Both the position numbers and the translations under genes were made by a program. Source: a virus. Taken from it: a DNA stretch of 64,000 bases. Where the stretch lies: the IMG/VR virus record IMGVR_UViG_3300021335_000003, one strand, 5' to 3'. Below the pieces are notes generated by a model. The model saw nothing but the letters and a program-made list of their open reading frames with translations. It did not search any database and had not been told where the DNA came from. Of the stretch, positions 9,359-17,058 are shown one piece after another (within the stretch, counting starts at the first letter, position 1; each line of letters opens with the position of its first letter).

Positions 9359-10414
9359 TTAAAAAATTATACTATAAAGCAGAGCTTTGTTTCTGCTTAC
9401 AAATTCGTCTTGTGTTCCGTCTTGGTTTGTAAAATACAATCCAGTTCCGCCATCGCCTAAGGCTTTACTGTAAAGTGTGATACCTTCTGAGGGTGGATCT
9501 GCAGGGTCTGATTCTAACAAAAAGTTTTGATAACCATCAATTTCAACTTGACCGGTGCCGCTACCTCTAAGTCTAATTGCAGTATTAATACCATTACTTG
9601 TAATAACACCAACATCACCTGGATCAGAAATAAATCTCAAGTTACCAATTTCAACTCTGGTATCATAAAAGTTTGTGTAATTTACACCATCAAGTGTAAT
9701 AACAACTTTTGTATCTCCGCCGTCGATATCAGCATCAAAAATTTCTACACTACTGTCATCTTTAGCAATCTTAGGTTGGAAGAAATTTGTATGATAACTA
9801 TCAACATATTCTACCAAACTCTTTGCACTAACCAATGCATCATTTTTACCTGCTTGCACAGGACCTGCACTAAAGTTGATTTCTAAATCAAGCAAATCAG
9901 TTGGATTATCGTAAAGGAAAACTTGTCTTTCATAATTGGTTACACCTGTAACTGTTACAGTACCTGTGCCTTGTCCAATTAAGTACAAGTCTTCGTTTGT
10001 ATCAGTGATAATACTACTTGTATGAATACCTTTGTATTCGCCATTTCCTAAACCAAAGTAAAATGCTCCTGGATCTACACCGCCTGAATCAAAACCGTCA
10101 AGGTCTTCATCATAAAAGATTCTAGCATCTACTAGTTCTCCAGGACCTCTACTGATAATAATACCAGCACCGCGATTATATCCATCTAATAGATCTTTAA
10201 TACCACCTACAGTTTCGTTTTTGTTTATTGTGAACGTTTTGTCACCAATAGCAACTTCTGTTGATTCAACAGTTGTTGTTACACCTAATACATCTAAGTC
10301 ACCTTTTACAGTAACTTTACCTACAGCATTACCTGTGTCAAAAACGATTTCTCCAGCGTCATTGACTTCGATTGTGTATTTGTCTGCACCTATACGATTG
10401 AAACGTTCAGCCAT
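9359..10414 (-). CDS. Virion structural protein (fibre-associated)
   Basis: 351 aa; V.GDL.V.G.TTTVES...I.D...T.NK.E..G motif typical of phage fibre proteins; SD AGGAG upstream. Confidence 0.6.
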   Translation of the reverse strand: MAERFNRIGADKYTIEVNDAGEIVFDTGNAVGKVTVKGDLDVLGVTTTVESTEVAIGDKTFTINKNETVGGIKDLLDGYNRGAGIIISRGPGELVDARIFYDEDLDGFDSGGVDPGAFYFGLGNGEYKGIHTSSIITDTNEDLYLIGQGTGTVTVTGVTNYERQVFLYDNPTDLLDLEINFSAGPVQAGKNDALVSAKSLVEYVDSYHTNFFQPKIAKDDSSVEIFDADIDGGDTKVVITLDGVNYTNFYDTRVEIGNLRFISDPGDVGVITSNGINTAIRLRGSGTGQVEIDGYQNFLLESDPADPPSEGITLYSKALGDGGTGLYFTNQDGTQDEFVSRNKALLYSIIF

Positions 10415-10425
10415 CTAAGTGCTCC

Positions 10426-10788
10426 TTAAATAGCTGTTAAACGTAAAACTGTATCGGTTGAATCGTCTTCTAAATCCCAAGTGTAACGATTGCTATCAAA
10501 ATCTACTGCTGTTCTGTTGAATAGTTTTTTGATAACTCTGCGCACTCCGCCGGCATCAAAACCTTCGATAACCATTTCGCCTGCTGCTACACTATCAGTT
10601 GCTTTGTTAACCAAACGGCAAACTGCTGTTGCTGTAGCACCGTTGTTTGACACTGTGAACTTGTTTGTTCCTCTTTGGTCTACAATGTATGCTTGCTCGT
10701 CAATACCGCCGCCAACATATGCACGTACTGTGATATTCGTTGCGTCAGCCGGATCTCCGAAATTTCTTTTATTTACTGGACGTCCCAT
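10426..10788 (-). CDS. Conserved phage protein (MGRP-x-NK family), probably virion-associated
   Basis: 120 aa; strong SD AAGGAG; preceded by a late box and a structured leader. Confidence 0.65.
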   Translation of the reverse strand: MGRPVNKRNFGDPADATNITVRAYVGGGIDEQAYIVDQRGTNKFTVSNNGATATAVCRLVNKATDSVAAGEMVIEGFDAGGVRRVIKKLFNRTAVDFDSNRYTWDLEDDSTDTVLRLTAI

Positions 10789-10799
10789 TTGTTTCTCCT

Positions 10800-10879
10800 T
10801 TGTTACGTTCTAAGTAATACGCGGTTGGTCTTCCGCATAAGTCCTCATCTAGAGGTTCTCTCTATGACAATAGTATTTA
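10800..10879 (-). promoter_or_regulatory. Late promoter box (10874-10879) and three-hairpin 5' leader
   Basis: gaTAAATAc followed by CCUC/GAGG, UAUGCGG/CCGCGUA and UUAC/GUAA hairpins just upstream of the SD. Confidence 0.55.
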
Positions 10880-10911
10880 TCAAATTAAATAAAATGGGTT
10901 ATAATGTCCGT

Positions 10912-10944
10912 AAAAAAAGGCCTGCAATTATGTTGCAGACCTTT
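10912..10944 (-). terminator. Intrinsic terminator
   Basis: AAAGGUCUGCAA-cauaa-UUGCAGGCCUUU followed by a U tract on the minus strand. Confidence 0.8.
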
Positions 10945-10949
10945 CTCTA

Positions 10950-11167
10950 TTAATGTGATAGGTAGGACTAAGGATTACCTACAAGTGCCGTGACATATCC
11001 TGTCTACATAACTAGCACAACCTCACAATAGAATGGTTAGTTCTACTTTCTCTGCAACGCCTTGTCTCCAAGGTCTTACAGCGCCACCATAGCGTGTGAG
11101 TCAAGTTAATGCCTATGTGAAGCATCGTTTCCTTGCACTATCTAACTCGGACCGTCGTCTTTGTTAT
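10950..11167 (-). ncRNA. Candidate structured ncRNA of about 215 nt, family not recognised
   Basis: No ORF; sigma70-like promoter upstream and terminator downstream; about 10 helices with many G-U pairs and a GAGA tetraloop on the minus strand. Confidence 0.7.
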
Positions 11168-11173
11168 GTACTT

Positions 11174-11201
11174 AATATAGCATATACAAAATAAAAGTCA
11201 A
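11174..11201 (-). promoter_or_regulatory. sigma70-like promoter for the ncRNA candidate
   Basis: TTGACT-16 nt-TATATT with an extended -10 TG. Confidence 0.65.
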
Positions 11202-11206
11202 CCTCT

Positions 11207-11401
11207 TTATTCAACTTTTTTTAAATTTTCTGCATGTTTTCTGCCATTTTTTTCTACTGGTTCGTATTCAACTCTATCGCCCAATTTCAAATTATGTTCT
11301 TTTTTTCTGAACAAAACATCAGTCCTATTTTGTCCCCATTCGTCGGGACGTATTAATCCGTGAATACCAATAAATTTATAAACTTGTCCTGTGACTATCA
11401 T
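11207..11401 (-). CDS. Cold-shock-domain (OB-fold) protein, divergent
   Basis: 64 aa; G.V..F...G.I.PD....DV.F....L..GDRVEYE....G.K.A.NL pattern of CspA-like domains, RNP1/RNP2 aromatics partly lost. Confidence 0.7.
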   Translation of the reverse strand: MIVTGQVYKFIGIHGLIRPDEWGQNRTDVLFRKKEHNLKLGDRVEYEPVEKNGRKHAENLKKVE

Positions 11402-12099
11402 TACATCATCTCCAGTTGTAATAGTGTTTGATCTAACTTGCCAAAGTTATACAAGTGTATGGGATTATTTCTTAAATCTCTAACAAACTTTACAGTGTTA
11501 AATCCTTTTGTATTAACATAAGTTAAACCTCGTAAATTGCCTACAGCATACGACACGCTATCAGTAAGTCCGCATAACTTTGCATACTTCCAAAGTCCTT
11601 CTAGTGTGCAATTAGTTGCTATGCCAAAACGTGTTTTCTTTTCCCATTGGTTTAATAATCTTGGATTAAAACATAATTGACTTATACCGCCTTTGAAGTG
11701 CATGTATTTTGTAAAAGCCATATTTGCATATGTTTCTGCTTGAGGATATACACCGCAGTACATATCAAATCCATAATCTTCTATTGCATCTTTTACTTCA
11801 TAAAAAGTTTGATACACTTTGCCTTCGTATGTGCTACCGCCAATTAACAAAACTTTGTCAATACCTGCTTTACGCATTGCAATACAGTTTTCGTGTAATT
11901 CACTTTCACTTTGTAAATTACGTGCTGCAATATGCGCAACTGCTTTTGCACTACCTGCTTGTTGATTTAGTTCAATTGCAGCATCTTTAATACGAGACAA
12001 ATCGGTTTTAGGCAAATGTGTAATACTTACACTAGTTGCTGTGTCAACTGCATATTGACTTAATTTTTGTTTTGGAGTTTTTTCTACACTTATGTCCAT
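11401..12099 (-). CDS. Methylenetetrahydrofolate reductase-like (MetF-like) FAD-dependent protein
   Basis: HIAARNL.S..EL, AG.DKVLLIGG, GVYP, ISQLCFN and LWKYAKLCG match motifs of short proteobacterial MTHFRs (PHIAAR, V.VIGG, TQF.FD, L.KYA..CG). Confidence 0.65.
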   Translation of the reverse strand: MDISVEKTPKQKLSQYAVDTATSVSITHLPKTDLSRIKDAAIELNQQAGSAKAVAHIAARNLQSESELHENCIAMRKAGIDKVLLIGGSTYEGKVYQTFYEVKDAIEDYGFDMYCGVYPQAETYANMAFTKYMHFKGGISQLCFNPRLLNQWEKKTRFGIATNCTLEGLWKYAKLCGLTDSVSYAVGNLRGLTYVNTKGFNTVKFVRDLRNNPIHLYNFGKLDQTLLQLEMM

Positions 12100-12114
12100 A
12101 ATGTAGTTATCATA

Positions 12115-12140
12115 AAAATAGGCCCCGTAGGGCCTATTTT
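12115..12140 (-). terminator. Intrinsic terminator after the major capsid gene (possibly bidirectional)
   Basis: AAAAUAGGCCC-UACG-GGGCCUAUUUU, cUACGg tetraloop. Confidence 0.85.
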
Positions 12141-12160
12141 AAAACTGTTTAAACTAAAAC

Positions 12161-13339
12161 TTATGAGAAGCTTAGGTTTGCTGCATTTGTCTGTAGGTCG
12201 ATTAGCGCCAAGTAGTCGGCTGCGTTACCTAGAGACGATGCTGTGTTTGATAGCTCAACATAACCATAACGTGTCATAAATGATACTGTTGGTTCGAATG
12301 TTGATGGATCAAGAACAACACCTGAAGACATTAGTGGGATGTATGGGCAGTAGAACGCTGCTGCGTCTGACTCGCTTGTACCTTTGTATCCAACTAGGAT
12401 GTCGTCGTTTGCTGCATATGTGTTTACATACACTTTCATTGCGCCATTCAATGTACCAACCATTTTTGTGTTTGTTGGTGCTTCAAATGTGCCTTCTGTT
12501 GTACGTGCAAATGCAGAAGTTGTTGCAGATTGTAGGATTGTCAATGTTGTTGGTGAAACAACTGCCCAGTTACCAGCACCGCGGCGAGTACGCTGAGCGA
12601 TTCTGTTTGCTGCACGGTTGACTAGAACTGCTAGAGCAGCATGTTCGTCACCTACGAATGTTGCAGTACCTGAAACAGCAGCTTGATTGTATGTATCTGA
12701 TGCTGTACCAGCTAGTGTTGTTAGAGATGCTAGGACCTCTTGGTCGATCTCTGCTGTGATTTCTTGAGCCAAAGCAGCCATAATTTCTGCTTCAACGTCA
12801 ATACCGTGCTGTGACTGAGCGTCTTGAGCAGCTTCAAAGGTCCAACGTGCTGATAGCTTACGTGTTTTCGCTTCTACAGTCTGTTTCAAGATCTGGATGC
12901 TTAGTCTGTTTCCAGCTTCACCTTCAAGTGCCGCAGTTGCGTCAGCTTTTGCTGTTGTAGCATTACCTGAATATGCTTCTGCGATTTTGAATGGTGATAG
13001 TGCTTCTTCACCAGCTACTGCGCCTGATGCGCCTGAGCCTGCTGTGTCGCTGTAGCGAACACGCAATGTGTGAATCTGACCAACTGGACCAGTCATTGGT
13101 TGTACACCAACTAGTTCGTTTGCAATAACTGTTGGCATAACACGTCTGATCACTGGAAGGATCACACGGTTAAGTGTTGCGATGTTACCGGCAGATGTAG
13201 CACCAGCAGTTGCAGTTTCAGCCAAATACTTGCGAGTATTTTCTAGCGTTGAAGCCATTACTGCTTTCTTATTGCCTTGTAGGCCTTCAAGAAGTGCGCT
13301 TTTTGTATCGTGCCAGCGACTTTCTAATAGTTCTGACAT
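12161..13339 (-). CDS. gp23: Major capsid protein (T4 gp23 family)
   Basis: LPVIRRVMP..IA.ELVGVQPMTGP.GQI, VEAKTRKLSARWTFEAAQD, EI..EIDQE, FYCPYIP, MTRYG; start placed at MSELLES (13339) after AGGAG. Confidence 0.97.
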   Translation of the reverse strand: MSELLESRWHDTKSALLEGLQGNKKAVMASTLENTRKYLAETATAGATSAGNIATLNRVILPVIRRVMPTVIANELVGVQPMTGPVGQIHTLRVRYSDTAGSGASGAVAGEEALSPFKIAEAYSGNATTAKADATAALEGEAGNRLSIQILKQTVEAKTRKLSARWTFEAAQDAQSQHGIDVEAEIMAALAQEITAEIDQEVLASLTTLAGTASDTYNQAAVSGTATFVGDEHAALAVLVNRAANRIAQRTRRGAGNWAVVSPTTLTILQSATTSAFARTTEGTFEAPTNTKMVGTLNGAMKVYVNTYAANDDILVGYKGTSESDAAAFYCPYIPLMSSGVVLDPSTFEPTVSFMTRYGYVELSNTASSLGNAADYLALIDLQTNAANLSFS

Positions 13340-13352
13340 TGGTTTCTCCTCT

Positions 13353-14444
13353 TTATAGTCCAGCAAGACGTTTTAAATCAACTACATTGTGATCTACGTC
13401 TGCTTTGATGTCATTTGATTGGGTTCTGTTGCCTGTTACTTCTTTTGCCTCTGCTAATACTGCCTTTTGCTTCGCTGGACCTTTACCGTCAATAACTGCC
13501 GGTAGGTATTTGTCAAACGCAGAACGTAGTCTGTCTGTTTGAACTGATTCCAGTAAGTCTACCATAATTTCACGCTGGTCTTTGCTTAGTGGCGCAACCA
13601 TATCGCTAATTGTGTCTTTGCGTTTTGCACTTTCAGTGATCATTTTATTTTGATGTGCTTGTGCTTCTGCAAGTTTGATTGCTTTAGACGCTGCTTCTCT
13701 TGCTTCTGCTAGTTGTTTGTCTTTAGCACCAACAACTTTTAGAAGTTTTGAAGTTTCACTCTTCTCGTTTAGATATGAGTGTTGATATTCGTTTGCAAAT
13801 GCTTCGAATAGTTTGCGTCCAAAATCATTTTCACGTGCTTGATCGATATCTTCTTTAAGTGCTGAGATCTCTTTTTTAAGACCTTTAGCAACTGTTTCTG
13901 ATACCAACGCTGCACTTTTCTTAATAAAGTCTTGTTTAACTTTATCAACATGAGCTTTGCCTTCACGTACAAGACGTACTTTTGTTTCGGCAAGATCTTT
14001 TTTGTCTTCGTAAAACTCTGCAATTTCTTTTGCAAGTGACTCAACTACAAACTCTTCTAGTGCAACAAACTTGTCAGCCATTGCTTTTTGATCTGAGTGT
14101 AGTTCTTTGATTTCTTTTGCTAGTGTTTCACTAACAAATGATTTCATTAGATTTGCATTTTTACGCTGTGCAATAGCAAATTTAGCTTTTGCTTCTGCTA
14201 GTTGCTTGCGATCTTCTTGGAATTCTGCAATTTCTTCGCTAAGTTTTTCTGTCATCATAGCATCAATGGCTTCAACCATTGTTGTTTTATCATGCTCATA
14301 CTTTTTAGCAAATTCTTCACGTAGTTCCGCAGTCGCTTGTAGGCGATTTTCTTTCACCTTTGCGTTCCATGCTTCTTCTAGTTCTGAGCGCACTTCTTCT
14401 GATAGTGCTGAATTTTCGAAGAGTGATTTTAGTGCATCTAACAT
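13353..14444 (-). CDS. gp22: Prohead core scaffold protein (gp22-like)
   Basis: Coiled-coil, E/K/A-rich, located between the protease and capsid genes. Confidence 0.8.
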   Translation of the reverse strand: MLDALKSLFENSALSEEVRSELEEAWNAKVKENRLQATAELREEFAKKYEHDKTTMVEAIDAMMTEKLSEEIAEFQEDRKQLAEAKAKFAIAQRKNANLMKSFVSETLAKEIKELHSDQKAMADKFVALEEFVVESLAKEIAEFYEDKKDLAETKVRLVREGKAHVDKVKQDFIKKSAALVSETVAKGLKKEISALKEDIDQARENDFGRKLFEAFANEYQHSYLNEKSETSKLLKVVGAKDKQLAEAREAASKAIKLAEAQAHQNKMITESAKRKDTISDMVAPLSKDQREIMVDLLESVQTDRLRSAFDKYLPAVIDGKGPAKQKAVLAEAKEVTGNRTQSNDIKADVDHNVVDLKRLAGL

Positions 14445-14461
14445 TTTGTATCCTCTCCTAG

Positions 14462-15085
14462 TTAGCGGAGTTTGTCTATTATATCTAATAGACTCTCTTT
14501 TAAGTATTTTTGTGCCTTTTTATCGCCTTGAACTTCCCTTGATGTTTGGAACGCCCTATAACCGCCTCTGCTATTCATAAGATGTTCGTATATCGGTGTT
14601 GGGTATGCGCCTGGCGCACTTGGTTGCGCCACAACGTCTACAGTGATAATTTCAAAATCTGATACTTCACCGTTACCGCTTTCGCTTACATTTCCACTAC
14701 CTCTCGATGAAACGCCTAGTTTAACACTGCTTTCAAGCATTGTTTTAACTAATTGTCCCATCGGAGTTGGTAGAATTTTTAATTTACCGTAACCGTTTGG
14801 GCCATCCATCCACATTTCTGTAATCATATGGCTTACACGGTCTAAGTTAATGTTTAGTCCATCTGGATGATCTACTTCACCTAACACTGAGTAGCCACCA
14901 CTAATTTGTTCGTTGAGTGTGGTGACAGCCCTGCCAATCTCGTTAACGGGATAAACACGCTGATTTGCGTTGCGTACTCCGCCTTGAATGCAAATACCTT
15001 TCATGTAAAGGTCTTTACCATCGTTGGCAGACTCAACAACCATTCTAGCTTGGTCGAAACTCAGATGTTCGTTTAGTAAATTCAT
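14462..15085 (-). CDS. gp21: Prohead protease (gp21)
   Basis: GI.IQ...N.N.RVYP, GE.DHP, VSH, LGVSSRG.G, VD.VAQPSAP.A. Confidence 0.95.
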   Translation of the reverse strand: MNLLNEHLSFDQARMVVESANDGKDLYMKGICIQGGVRNANQRVYPVNEIGRAVTTLNEQISGGYSVLGEVDHPDGLNINLDRVSHMITEMWMDGPNGYGKLKILPTPMGQLVKTMLESSVKLGVSSRGSGNVSESGNGEVSDFEIITVDVVAQPSAPGAYPTPIYEHLMNSRGGYRAFQTSREVQGDKKAQKYLKESLLDIIDKLR

Positions 15086-15095
15086 CTATCAGTCC

Positions 15096-16115
15096 TTACT
15101 TTGCTCTTTTTGGAGCGCCATTTAAAGGTGAGCCTGCGCCTTTGTCAGCTGCTTCTGGCTTACCTTTTTTCTCGGCACCATGGCCGGGTTGCGATGCCAT
15201 TTTAGTAGCACCTTTTGCGCCTGGAACATTTACATTCCCTGCGTTATCTTCTTTAGTTGATGGTTGTGCTAGACCGCCTGCTGTTCCGCCTGCTCCGCCG
15301 TCGCCGCCTTTTGCGATATTTGCTGTTGTTCCGCCCATATCGTTTTTACCTGCAACTGTTGATTTTGTGTTTGCGCCGTTGTCGCCCATTGTTGCTGTGA
15401 CTTTATCTGTGTATTCACGCATAATTTCTGTTTGTGACTTTGGTGCTTTTGACTCTTCTACTTCTTCGTCAGCTGCTTCTTCCACTTCTTCGTCTTCGAA
15501 AGCAATTGCTTCTTCTTCAGCTTCTTCGTCATCGTCGCCTTCTTCTGAGTCCATGTCCATTGGCATGTCGTCTGCTGGCTCTTCATCACCTGCTTCTTCG
15601 TCGCCCATCATAGCTTCGAATTCTGCTTTTAGTGCTTCTAGCTCGTCTTCTAGGTCTGCAACACGATCTTCTACGTCACCGTCTTCGTCGCCCATACCCA
15701 TGTCGTCGTCACCCATTTCTGGTTCCATGTCGTCACCGCCCATGTCTGGGTCTTCGATGTCGCCCATCATGTCGTCTACTGGGTCACCTTCTGCCATATC
15801 AAAAAAGTTTTCATCTACTTCTTCGTCTGCTTCGTCTAACTCTTCGTCTGACTCATCTAGATCTTCGTCTGATGCTTCATCAACTTCTTCATCAGTTGCT
15901 TCGTCTAGGTCTTCTTCTGATTCATCTACTTCTTCATCTGTAGCTTCATCAACTTCTTCATCAGTTGTTTCTTCTACTTCTTCATCTTCAAGTAGTGATT
16001 CGTAAATATCTCTTGATTTTTCTACCACGATTTCGTGGAATAATGCTTCTGCACCTTCTCTGTCTTCATTGACGAGGCGCTCAAGCATTTCTTCAAACTT
16101 GTTGCGATCAGTCAT
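15096..16115 (-). CDS. Highly acidic prohead core/internal protein
   Basis: D/E-rich low-complexity protein upstream of gp21; start MTDRNKF after AAGGAG; late box at 16149-16154. Confidence 0.7.
   Translation of the reverse strand: MTDRNKFEEMLERLVNEDREGAEALFHEIVVEKSRDIYESLLEDEEVEETTDEEVDEATDEEVDESEEDLDEATDEEVDEASDEDLDESDEELDEADEEVDENFFDMAEGDPVDDMMGDIEDPDMGGDDMEPEMGDDDMGMGDEDGDVEDRVADLEDELEALKAEFEAMMGDEEAGDEEPADDMPMDMDSEEGDDDEEAEEEAIAFEDEEVEEAADEEVEESKAPKSQTEIMREYTDKVTATMGDNGANTKSTVAGKNDMGGTTANIAKGGDGGAGGTAGGLAQPSTKEDNAGNVNVPGAKGATKMASQPGHGAEKKGKPEAADKGAGSPLNGAPKRAK
15810..15990 (-). repeat. Imperfect tandem acidic repeat (DEEVDEA/DEDLDES)
   Basis: ETTDEEVDEATDEEVDESEEDLDEATDEEVDEASDEDLDESDEELDEADEEVDE. 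Confidence 0.85.
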
Positions 16116-16175
16116 GTCATTCTCCTTTATTGTCAAGGCTGTCTATTATATTTACACTTTTTAGAAAATATACGT

Positions 16176-16205
16176 GTAAAATGGGGTCAAAACAGCCCAT
16201 TTTAC
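16176..16205. terminator. Inverted repeat, possible terminator or processing hairpin
   Basis: GTAAAATGGG-N10-CCCATTTTAC between the 197-aa gene and the late box of the core gene. Confidence 0.45.
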
Positions 16206-16208
16206 CGA

Positions 16209-16802
16209 TTATTGGAAATTTTTCGCAAAATCATCCACTGTGATATGCGATAAATTGGTTAAATCTTTGAGATGATCAGGAATATAATCATTCATAGACT
16301 TTAATATTCGATAGTATTTAGTCTTTGGAAACTGATTTATACACATCATAGTTTGTCTTTGCCAGTTTCCATAATAGGTTGCTCTATCGTTGATGCCTTT
16401 ATAATTTTTTGTGCCTGCGTATATATTATTTACTTTTTCTTGTTGTTCGCCAATACCAACATAATCAAAACCCATTATATAGATTACTTTATGTCCATGC
16501 TGACTTGCAATCATTAATGCTGTTGGTCCACTGCTCCAACCTTTGTTAGGATCAATAATTTTAATACCAGGTGTGCGTTCTGTGAGTTTGTTTCGATTAC
16601 TCCAAACATTGTGTTTGTGCTGATATTGTGCATCATTTATTTCGGTAACCATTTTGGTATCTACGCATACCAAATGATCAGGTGCAAACTCTCTAAACAG
16701 TGCATTACAACCATACACTGTTCCATATCTTTTTAAATTATGATGATTAATGTCTTTGCGACTAGTACCGTTACCTAGTACAAACGCTATTTTGCTTGCC
16801 AT
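16209..16802 (-). CDS. DUF115/MptE-like or sialyltransferase-like Rossmann-fold transferase
   Basis: VLGNGTSR, YGCNA, PD.LV..D, SSG.TA and IYIMGFD motifs. Confidence 0.55.
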   Translation of the reverse strand: MASKIAFVLGNGTSRKDINHHNLKRYGTVYGCNALFREFAPDHLVCVDTKMVTEINDAQYQHKHNVWSNRNKLTERTPGIKIIDPNKGWSSGPTALMIASQHGHKVIYIMGFDYVGIGEQQEKVNNIYAGTKNYKGINDRATYYGNWQRQTMMCINQFPKTKYYRILKSMNDYIPDHLKDLTNLSHITVDDFAKNFQ

Positions 16803-17050
16803 TAAACTCCGCCAAGTGCTGCCTGTGCTGCTAATCCATACATTTGTCTGATATAGTTTAGATCTTTTGCTTTTTGATCTCTATGGGCGTCACTTGCCTT
16901 GCGGGCACGATTGATATCTTTAAGAGTTAGACGACTTTTACGATCGTCATCAACTTTAATCACACTGGTATCTGCTTGAGGATCGTATGTTTCGTCCTCT
17001 TCTGGCTCCATTGTTTCTTTGTTAAAGTAATATAGTTCTCTTAGTATCAT
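16802..17050 (-). CDS. Conserved hypothetical head-module protein
   Basis: 82 aa, MILRE start, RKSRLTL..IN..R motif; overlaps the next gene by TAATG. Confidence 0.7.
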   Translation of the reverse strand: MILRELYYFNKETMEPEEDETYDPQADTSVIKVDDDRKSRLTLKDINRARKASDAHRDQKAKDLNYIRQMYGLAAQAALGGV

Positions 17051-17058
17051 GTTAGTAT

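Noticed and set aside
10675-10953. 92-aa plus-strand ORF across the leader and terminator
   Set aside because: Antisense to a gene, its leader and a terminator; no SD and atypical composition
10950-11167. Possible RNase P RNA, tmRNA or hammerhead/twister identity for the ncRNA (AGGAAAC.AUGCU loosely resembles RNase P CR-I)
   Set aside because: No complementary CR-V/P4 strand, no tRNA-like ends or tag reading frame, no CUGANGA core
13340-13366. ORF-track starts for gp23 (13366), the core protein (16136) and the 279-aa gene (30067)
   Set aside because: Downstream ATGs at 13339, 16115 and 30097 have well-spaced AGGAG SD sequences; the extensions overlap the SD or promoter
15142-16005. 287-aa Ser-rich ORF on the plus strand, and similar antisense ORFs (14107..14580, 17117..17593, 22955..23434, 51492..51971, 59871..60527)
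   Set aside because: Shadows of real genes on the opposite strand; low-complexity Ser-rich translations arise from reversed GAA/GAT codons; no SD or family motifs
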